From a virus, in the IMG/VR virus record IMGVR_UViG_3300042888_002665: a DNA stretch of 64,000 nt; one strand, 5' to 3'. The position numbers and the translations under genes were made by a program. The notes under the pieces were generated by a model. That model was given only the letters and a program-made list of their open reading frames with translations. It did not search any database and had not been told where the DNA came from. Numbering within the stretch: the first letter of the stretch is position 1; each line of letters begins with the position of its first letter. Positions 9,262 through 15,421 of this stretch are shown here, piece after piece.

Positions 9262-9834
9262 TTATTCTTCTATAGACTCTTCTACGTCCTTTATTTTCCC
9301 ACACTTTAAACATTCTTCATCACCATCACCGTCTGAATCACCCCATACGTGTTCGCATTGGCGATGAGCGAAGTATTCATCAATTTGGCCATCACCATCG
9401 AAATCAATACCATCCATTGTACCATCTCCATCTTCATCAACTTCAATGCCAATTCTAGGTTCTGGTTTAGGTTCTGGAGCCGGTGCAGGAGCAGGTGCGT
9501 CACCTCCTTTAGTATCGGATAATGACACACCATCTTCCTCGTCCATTTTCTGAACTAGCATTTTATCTTTATCTGTATCAGAGAACCAATAATCAATTAT
9601 TTTACTATATGAACCAATGAATGCTCCAAGTAACAACAACATTAATTCTTTCCACTCACCTGCAATTTCAGTGCCTTGAACAATAGCGGCAAATATACCA
9701 CCAATTATTAACATAAATCCACCTAAAACCATAGCGGTAATATACCATCTACGTTTCATCATTGCATTTAATAGTTCCTTAAATCCCGTAGGAGTAGGTT
9801 GTGCCATAGGTTGTTCTTCTTTAAATAACTTCAT
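9262..9834 (-). CDS. Two-TM membrane protein with DxDxDG Ca-binding-like repeats and a CxH...CxxC tail
   Basis: Two TM helices ending KIIDYWFS, followed by DEDGDG, DFDGDG, DSDGDG and CEH...CLKC. Confidence 0.7.
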   Translation of the reverse strand: MKLFKEEQPMAQPTPTGFKELLNAMMKRRWYITAMVLGGFMLIIGGIFAAIVQGTEIAGEWKELMLLLLGAFIGSYSKIIDYWFSDTDKDKMLVQKMDEEDGVSLSDTKGGDAPAPAPAPEPKPEPRIGIEVDEDGDGTMDGIDFDGDGQIDEYFAHRQCEHVWGDSDGDGDEECLKCGKIKDVEESIEE

Positions 9835-9840
9835 TGTTAA

Positions 9841-10140
9841 TTACCATTTAGGAGCTTCTTCTAGCTCTTCTTTAGCTGTTTTAGGTTTTGGTTTAGGAGC
9901 AGGAGCAGGTTTTGTACCACTACCACCACCACCTACAACATTCTTTTGTTGTTGTGTGTTGTTTGTAGTAATATTAATTACTGGTGCTGGAGCTGTTACT
10001 GCTTGTGGTGCTGGTTCATCACCTTCACCTGTAAGAGTTTTTGTTACGTACCCACCAACACCTAATGCTACTGTGCTTGCTAGACCAATAATGATGCTTT
10101 TAAATGATCCTCCTCCTGAGTTTTCTGATTCTTCTGCCAT
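9841..10140 (-). CDS. Single-TM protein with a Pro/Gly-rich tail
   Basis: IIIGLASTVALGVGGYV TM segment; PAPAPKPKPK tail. Confidence 0.7.
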   Translation of the reverse strand: MAEESENSGGGSFKSIIIGLASTVALGVGGYVTKTLTGEGDEPAPQAVTAPAPVINITTNNTQQQKNVVGGGGSGTKPAPAPKPKPKTAKEELEEAPKW

Positions 10141-10147
10141 GTTATTT

Positions 10148-10516
10148 TTAACGTTTAATTACTAATGGTTTTTTAACTGATACCCCATTGATATCAGTTA
10201 ATGTTATATCGTATATTCCATCTTCTAAATCTTTGAAATCGTATATTTTAGTTACAATCTCGCTTTCAGCAGTTAATGGCAATGTTTTTGTAGGTTCAAT
10301 AGCAGCAAATTTATATACTTGTACAGAGTACTTAGCTCCAGTCGTAACCGCGTATTGTACTGTAACTGTACCACCTGTTGATACTACACTAAGTATATCT
10401 GTGGATTTTGCTGTAACTCCTAATTTAATTTCAGGTGTAGATAAAACTTCTATATCACTGCATCCTGCGGTAATAAATATAAGGCCGATTAAAACAATTG
10501 ATAATAAGTTTTTCAT
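10148..10516 (-). CDS. Lipoprotein with an Ig-like / T9SS-sorting-like beta domain
   Basis: Lipobox ITAG|C. C-terminal DLEDGIYDITLTDINGVSVKKPLVIKR. Confidence 0.6.
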   Translation of the reverse strand: MKNLLSIVLIGLIFITAGCSDIEVLSTPEIKLGVTAKSTDILSVVSTGGTVTVQYAVTTGAKYSVQVYKFAAIEPTKTLPLTAESEIVTKIYDFKDLEDGIYDITLTDINGVSVKKPLVIKR

Positions 10517-10518
10517 AT

Positions 10519-12312
10519 TTAAAAGTTGTTATATCCTGTTAATTTTATTGTTTCTGTATTTAAGTTAATTCCCAACTGAGATCCGCTAGTTGATGCAGCA
10601 TCTGTTGCAGAAGTAATTTTAATAAATGAATTAATATCTAATCCGCTTACTAATGTGCTGAATTTCAATTTAAATGGAATCGCAGCACCTTTAATTGGAG
10701 TTTTTAACTTTTGATCAATTGCTCCGAATTTAACTTTACCTGTTGCCGAGTTAGCAAATACATACCACTCGTTAGGTACTTCTGAAGCCATTGATTCGAA
10801 CTTAACTTTGCTTGGATCGTATGCGAATTCAAACTGTAGAGCCGCTACTTCATTTCCGTTTGTATTAACTGCAACTGGTATTTCAATTGAATTTGAAGTT
10901 ACTGTTACGTTTTTAATATTAACATCAATAGCAGGAACAGATTGAGGAGTATTAATAAATCCTATAGTTCTATTCATTATAGCTTTATTAGCAATACTTT
11001 TATTTAATGATACTACTGCATTTGTTTTTATGACACCACCAACAACTACTTGAGATGAATGTGAACGATTTATATCACCAGGAAGTACATATTTTACATT
11101 AATTGTTAATGGTGTTCCTGGGGTAGCTGGAGTAGTGTATTCATAAGCACGCTGTGCATTAGTAGGTAAAGTAGTAAATACGTTAGATGGAGTAGCAGCG
11201 TCAAATTCCGTAGCTTTAAACGTAGGTAAACTCATCCACCCATTAGACCCAACTGTATATCCTTCTGGTAATACGATTAATTGATTTACACCAACTGCTT
11301 GTGCATATAATTTAGTTAAATCACCACCATCAAATCCGTTTGATCTGTTAACATCTACCGCCCAATATCCCATACCAGTTATAATACTAGTATTTTTATA
11401 TGTTCTATCTAGATTTTGAGATACAAATTCTGATTGTGCTGTTGTATAATCAGATACCGATACTGCTGAATTCATTATAGCTGGTAATTGATCCATATTA
11501 GCCATTACCATAATTTGATAAGCGGTATTTGCAGTCAATAATGAATCTACAATATTTACTGTACCATTTGCAGTTACATTAAACATTGGTCCAGTATTAT
11601 CAGCTTTCTTAAATAATACTTTAACGTGAGTTGGATTAATATTTCCATTTAAATCCAATACTGCTTTAACGAATTTCTTAGCGTCTGGGTTTTGTGTAAT
11701 TACTGTAGTTAATGGAATTTCGTTTACCGCAGCGCCTGATGAACCATTTTGGTTAAATGATGCTGCAAAGTTCATTTTAATTGGATCCCATGCATCACCT
11801 ACTGCTGTTGTTTTTAATCTAAAACGCAATTTCAATAAATCACCATAAGTATTATAAGGTAGTGGTGAATTTGATGCCCAGTTTAAATAAACACGAATAA
11901 TTGTTTTAGGACCACCTTGAGTAAAACTGTATCCCGCACTGTTGTAATTTTGATTACCATTAGGGGATGTGTTATTACCATTTCCAGCAAATGAATAACC
12001 TGGATATGTGTAATTATCCATTGTAATACTAGCACCTGTAGGTAATACACCACCATTTCCACCTGTTCCAGTGTGCCCAACACTTACAAAATCAAATGCA
12101 GCGTTATTGAATTCAAAATCGAAATACAATGAACGAGAAGTTGTATTTCCATTACCATTTAATTGGACATTGACGATGAATTCATCACCTTTATCAATTA
12201 CTCCACCAGCAATATCTACCTTAGTAGAGTCATCAGCTAACCTAATTTTTGGTTCTTGCGCAAACGCGGTTAAACTTACTAATGATAATAGTAAGAATAA
12301 TAATTTTTTCAT
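10519..12312 (-). CDS. Secreted cohesin-like / dockerin-like multidomain protein
   Basis: Signal peptide ...TAFA|QE. Cohesin-like beta-sandwich at each end (GDEFIVNVQL...LYFDFEFNNAAFDFVSV; IEIPVAV...VAALQFEFAYDPSKVKFES). Central EF-hand-like DVNRSNGFDGGDL and GDINRS. Confidence 0.6.
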   Translation of the reverse strand: MKKLLFLLLSLVSLTAFAQEPKIRLADDSTKVDIAGGVIDKGDEFIVNVQLNGNGNTTSRSLYFDFEFNNAAFDFVSVGHTGTGGNGGVLPTGASITMDNYTYPGYSFAGNGNNTSPNGNQNYNSAGYSFTQGGPKTIIRVYLNWASNSPLPYNTYGDLLKLRFRLKTTAVGDAWDPIKMNFAASFNQNGSSGAAVNEIPLTTVITQNPDAKKFVKAVLDLNGNINPTHVKVLFKKADNTGPMFNVTANGTVNIVDSLLTANTAYQIMVMANMDQLPAIMNSAVSVSDYTTAQSEFVSQNLDRTYKNTSIITGMGYWAVDVNRSNGFDGGDLTKLYAQAVGVNQLIVLPEGYTVGSNGWMSLPTFKATEFDAATPSNVFTTLPTNAQRAYEYTTPATPGTPLTINVKYVLPGDINRSHSSQVVVGGVIKTNAVVSLNKSIANKAIMNRTIGFINTPQSVPAIDVNIKNVTVTSNSIEIPVAVNTNGNEVAALQFEFAYDPSKVKFESMASEVPNEWYVFANSATGKVKFGAIDQKLKTPIKGAAIPFKLKFSTLVSGLDINSFIKITSATDAASTSGSQLGINLNTETIKLTGYNNF

Positions 12313-12821
12313 ATTTTGTCTAATAATTTAGTAGTTAATGAAACCGATGCTTTCTTCAATGCATTACTTAATGACGTTTGATTAAAACCACCAGCTTCAG
12401 AAATTACTAAAGTAGACATTGATATCTCACTTGATTTTTCTGTTGTTGTTTTTGTTTTGACGACTTTATCGCCCTTTAATAATTTACCCACCATACTAAT
12501 AACGACGGATTGTTTATCTTGATGCATTATACCTATACTTACATTTGATTGTTCAACATCTAAAAATACGATGTCGATTTGTACTGAATAATCAGCAGCT
12601 TCTTTAGTAGGTACTAATGAATAATTTTCGGATAATAGTTCTTCAACTATATTTTTAACACCAAATGCTAAATTGCGGTTTCCTGCTAATTTACCAATTT
12701 GTATTTTATTTTCTACATTATGTAGAAATAACTTAGGAGTTTGCGCTTGGCTAATGAATGATGCCAAAACCAATATTAATATAGCAATTACTTTCTTCAT
12801 AGATAGAACTAGTTCCCCCAT
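12309..12821 (-). CDS. Secreted protein with a CsgG/TolB-N-like alpha-beta fold (putative); likely start at 12800 (MKKVIAIL)
   Basis: Signal peptide ...ISQA|QT. VKNIVEELLSE...ADYSVQIDIV pattern. The track ATG at 12821 lies inside the TATTTATG promoter-like motif. Confidence 0.5.
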   Translation of the reverse strand: MGELVLSMKKVIAILILVLASFISQAQTPKLFLHNVENKIQIGKLAGNRNLAFGVKNIVEELLSENYSLVPTKEAADYSVQIDIVFLDVEQSNVSIGIMHQDKQSVVISMVGKLLKGDKVVKTKTTTEKSSEISMSTLVISEAGGFNQTSLSNALKKASVSLTTKLLDKI

Positions 12822-12953
12822 AAATATAGTATATACTACAAAGCCAAATTTGAATATTATAGGCGTAGTGTGGATTTTTCAACGAACATTATGGCAATTT
12901 GTCGTTTTCGTAGAAGTGTTATATACGTATTATCGAACAAAATATAAAATAAA

Positions 12954-13115
12954 ATGCCATTATTAGCAATCTCATTATTAATTAGTACATTATTTAGCGT
13001 AGTTTTAGTCAAATTTGACAATACTGAGCGGAAATCAAAACAACCCATCTCTAACCGCAGACATACTGGTGGAAGAAACGGGTTGTTAAATATTAATAAA
13101 GAAGTAATAGATTAG
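12954..13115 (+). CDS. Possible small single-TM protein on the opposite strand (53 aa)
   Basis: MPLLAISLLISTLFSVVLVKFDNTERKSKQPISNRRHTGGRNGLLNINKEVID, preceded by the A-rich AATATAAAATAAA, in a gap free of minus-strand genes. Confidence 0.4.
   Translation: MPLLAISLLISTLFSVVLVKFDNTERKSKQPISNRRHTGGRNGLLNINKEVID
13037..13087 (-). terminator. Long hairpin / putative terminator at the end of the tRNA-containing transcript
   Basis: AACAACCCGTTTC pairs with GAGATGGGTTGTT (13 bp, two G-U pairs on the minus strand), followed by TTGATTT. Confidence 0.5.
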
Positions 13116-13129
13116 TAAAAACGTTATAC

Positions 13130-13477
13130 CTATAATGTTATAGGTTCTATTTTAATGCGCTCTAATGAATCTTTTTCAATGATTTGTTTTAGCGCTTTAA
13201 TTTTCTTCTTAGTTTGAGTAAGATCTTTTTTATGTTGGATTAATTTATCATCAGTTTTTTTCTCTTTAAACCAACTAGCGGCAAAATCAGTTTTTTCTGT
13301 TTTATTTGCTTCATCCCATATTTTACGATATTCAAGTGCTTTAATTTCAGCATTGAGTTTCTGCTCCATACCTAATTCAGTACCTAATTTTTGTCTGTAA
13401 AATGTCATGTCTTGACTAGGCATCGGACCTCCAACGGCTAATCCCAGCATTATAAGTAATTCTTTTAAATCTAGCAT
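13130..13477 (-). CDS. Hypothetical protein, N-terminal hydrophobic segment and coiled coil
   Basis: 115 aa ORF; Lys-rich heptads at the C-terminus. Confidence 0.7.
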   Translation of the reverse strand: MLDLKELLIMLGLAVGGPMPSQDMTFYRQKLGTELGMEQKLNAEIKALEYRKIWDEANKTEKTDFAASWFKEKKTDDKLIQHKKDLTQTKKKIKALKQIIEKDSLERIKIEPITL

Positions 13478-13480
13478 AAC

Positions 13481-13612
13481 TTATCCTTTTAGTAATTGTT
13501 TTTTATTATCGTTGCACTCACATCTACATTTAGGGCAATCAAATGCTAATAGAGTACAAATACATCCTAAACCAAATCCAGCCAATGAGGCAATTGCAAT
13601 TGTTGTTATCAT
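13481..13612 (-). CDS. Small TM protein with a Cys-rich tail (43 aa)
   Basis: MITTIAIASLAGFGLGCICTLLAFDCPKCRCECNDNKKQLLKG; below track cutoff. Confidence 0.55.
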   Translation of the reverse strand: MITTIAIASLAGFGLGCICTLLAFDCPKCRCECNDNKKQLLKG

Positions 13613-13627
13613 AATAATAAATATTTG

Positions 13628-13699
13628 TAGCCCCAACGGGAATCGAACCCGTGACTCATCCGTGAAAGGGACGTGACTTAACCGCTTGTCGATAGGGCC
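13628..13699 (-). tRNA. tRNA-Glu(TTC)
   Basis: GGCCCTA acceptor, anticodon arm CGTCC-CTTTCAC-GGATG, T-loop GTTCGATTC. CCA not encoded. Confidence 0.92.
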
Positions 13700-13706
13700 A
13701 TTACTG

Positions 13707-13779
13707 AGCTTCCGGTCGGGGTCGAACCAACGGCCTGCTGATTACAAGTCAGCTGCTCTACCATCTGAGCTACGGAAGC
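13707..13779 (-). tRNA. tRNA-Thr(TGT)
   Basis: GCTTCCG/CGGAAGC acceptor, GCTGA-CTTGTAA-TCAGC, GTTCGACCC. Confidence 0.93.
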
Positions 13780-13783
13780 AATT

Positions 13784-13888
13784 TAGGAAAGTAGAAGATG
13801 GGTGCGTGGACATCTACTTTTATGATTGGCATTTCTAACCGATCGTACCCGCCCTTCCTACAGTTAAAGGATACATCCCAATCAACCT
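13784..13888 (-). ncRNA. Candidate structured RNA (or decayed tRNA) between tRNA-Ser and tRNA-Thr
   Basis: About 44% GC non-coding spacer with helices TGATTGG/CCAATCA and AAAGTAGA/TCTACTTT. Confidence 0.35.
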
Positions 13889-13891
13889 ATG

Positions 13892-13976
13892 AGGAGAGTG
13901 AGGGATTCGAACCCCCGGTCCTGTTACAGACAATAGTTTTCAAGACTACCTCGTTCGACCGCTCTGACAACTCTCC
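13892..13976 (-). tRNA. tRNA-Ser(TGA)
   Basis: GGAGAGT/ACTCTCC acceptor, GTAGT-CTTGAAA-ACTAT, long variable arm, GTTCGAATCC. Confidence 0.93.
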
Positions 13977-14016
13977 TTACATAATAAACATAATCAGGAA
14001 ATCTTTTATTTCCTAG

Positions 14017-14091
14017 AGTTGAGTGCTGGATTCGAACCAGCGATTTTGTCGTTTTGCAAACGAGTGCGTTTGGCCACTCCGCCAACTCAAC
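14017..14091 (-). tRNA. tRNA-Cys(GCA)
   Basis: GTTGAGT/ACTCAAC acceptor, CTCGT-TTGCAAA-ACGAC, GTTCGAATCC, U73 discriminator. Confidence 0.88.
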
Positions 14092-14096
14092 TTATG

Positions 14097-14167
14097 CACG
14101 TCCTAAAGGATTCGAACCTTTATCATCGCTTTTGGAGAGCGGTATGCTACCATTGCACCAAGGACAT
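14097..14167 (-). tRNA. tRNA-Trp(CCA)
   Basis: ATGTCCT/AGGACGT acceptor, CCGCT-CTCCAAA-AGCGA, GTTCGAATCC, G73. Confidence 0.9.
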
Positions 14168-14171
14168 AAAT

Positions 14172-14198
14172 AAAAAACCCCTAACTTGTGATTAGGGG
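14172..14198 (-). terminator. Intrinsic terminator (putative attenuator) 4 nt upstream of tRNA-Trp
   Basis: CCCCTAA-TCACAAG-TTAGGGG followed by TTTTTTATTT. Confidence 0.85.
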
Positions 14199-14227
14199 CC
14201 GATTTAATATATTATACGTTATCTATA

Positions 14228-14290
14228 CTATACCCCTATCCTAGCTGTTTCCTGCCAAGTCGAATTACAATATGTAGATGTTGTTTTCAT
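14228..14290 (-). CDS. Putative attenuation leader peptide MKTTSTYCNSTWQETARIGV
   Basis: ATG AAA ACA ACA TCT ACA TAT TGT AAT TCG ACT TGG CAG GAA ACA GCT AGG ATA GGG GTA TAG. The 3' end carries TAGGGG, complementary to the terminator 5' arm. Confidence 0.7.
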   Translation of the reverse strand: MKTTSTYCNSTWQETARIGV

Positions 14291-14294
14291 TTCG

Positions 14295-14302
14295 TATAAA
14301 TA
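14295..14302 (-). promoter_or_regulatory. Phage promoter-like motif TATTTATA (class A) driving the leader/tRNA operon
   Basis: Same motif recurs upstream of about 16 genes; here 4 nt before the leader ATG. Confidence 0.6.
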
Positions 14303-14310
14303 TATTTACT

Positions 14311-14514
14311 CTAATCTTTCTGTAATTCTTGTTTTAATTTTTCTAGGTATAAAATACCATCCATTAATTCATCTTGGGCGTGATTAATCCAATCAACTTT
14401 CTCTAAATCAGTACGATCTAAATCAGTACCGTATTTTTGGTTTCCCATACGAGCTCTACGCTCAAATTTAGCAATAATACTTGCTACTACTGTGTCTACT
14501 TTAAATTGATCCAT
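14311..14514 (-). CDS. Small MazG-like / all-alpha nucleotide pyrophosphatase-like protein
   Basis: KYGTDLDRTDL...WINHAQDELMDGILYLEKL. Confidence 0.55.
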   Translation of the reverse strand: MDQFKVDTVVASIIAKFERRARMGNQKYGTDLDRTDLEKVDWINHAQDELMDGILYLEKLKQELQKD

Positions 14515-14743
14515 TGTGTCCTATAACTTGTTCTAATGATTTATAATTCATTTCTTCACCATGATAAAATCCTAATTTGATATTATTATTATTGTCTTTA
14601 ATAATTTCACTAAAACCATATCCTTCACATATAATTCTAATACCATAATTTGGTTTTAATTTATTTGCCTCTTCAATAATATCAAAATCCCACGGCATTT
14701 CGGGATCATAACTTTCACACCATTGTTTTGAAAAATCAGCCAT
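14501..14743 (-). CDS. Hypothetical protein
   Basis: 80 aa ORF with AAAAGTTATG start context. Confidence 0.75.
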   Translation of the reverse strand: MADFSKQWCESYDPEMPWDFDIIEEANKLKPNYGIRIICEGYGFSEIIKDNNNNIKLGFYHGEEMNYKSLEQVIGHNGSI

Positions 14744-14758
14744 AACTTTTATTTTTCC

Positions 14759-14790
14759 TAAATGTAATTAAGAAATACTTAAGAAACAAA
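14759..14790 (-). promoter_or_regulatory. Bacteroidota-type promoter-like element (class B)
   Basis: TTTG-N20-TACATTTA, with TTTCTTAAT immediately 5' of the -7-like box. Confidence 0.55.
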
Positions 14791-14793
14791 CTA

Positions 14794-15417
14794 TTATTTA
14801 AATGTAAATCCAGTTAATTTCTCTATTTGTGCTAATGGAACTTCGTTATTTTGAAATCCATCTGATGGGGATAAGTCATTATTAAATAGATATGCATGCC
14901 ATTTACCTGCTACCTGAACTACTTTCCAACATTGTGTAGGAACTGATACTAGACCAATTTTCTTTGCCTCACCAATTGAACCACTCCATACTCTTACTTT
15001 TGAACTAATAGCGGCCCAATTTCTAGTTGCAGTTTCTAATGATTTCCAATCACCAGCATTTAATCTATGTGTTTGTGCTACCATGTTTGAATAATAGAAA
15101 CACTCATCTTGTATTGCTTGTGTTTGGCAAAGATTATCAGCTGCAGGCATTACGTGTCCTCTATCGTATCCACTTTTTACATAATAAACCGCAATATTAG
15201 TTTCATCTACTAATTGTGGATCTGGTTTAAAATTGTCTTTACGTTTTAAAGGTGTTAGACAGCCTACCATTGCTTTTGTTGTTTCCCATTGTACTAATAC
15301 TGGGTATCTTTTTGATTTACTGAAATGTGTTGTATAGTTTGTGTGTTTGATTACTACAATGTCTTGTGCTGTTAAACCAAATGATGCGAGTAATAATAGT
15401 AATAATAATTTTTTCAT
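14794..15417 (-). CDS. Secreted DNA/RNA non-specific (NucA/EndA-type, His-Me finger) endonuclease
   Basis: Signal peptide ...LTA|QD; YDRGHVMPAAD and SNMVAQTHRLNAGDWKSLE. Confidence 0.9.
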   Translation of the reverse strand: MKKLLLLLLLASFGLTAQDIVVIKHTNYTTHFSKSKRYPVLVQWETTKAMVGCLTPLKRKDNFKPDPQLVDETNIAVYYVKSGYDRGHVMPAADNLCQTQAIQDECFYYSNMVAQTHRLNAGDWKSLETATRNWAAISSKVRVWSGSIGEAKKIGLVSVPTQCWKVVQVAGKWHAYLFNNDLSPSDGFQNNEVPLAQIEKLTGFTFK

Positions 15418-15421
15418 AGTT

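Noticed and set aside
13613-13891. tRNA-associated theta/HDV-like ribozymes at tRNA 3' ends
   Set aside because: Could not build the nested double pseudoknot or find the J4/2 catalytic C motif downstream of any of the five tRNAs.
13798-14016. 72-aa plus-strand ORF
   Set aside because: Antisense to tRNA-Ser and the structured spacer; GC-rich RNA sequence explains the open frame.
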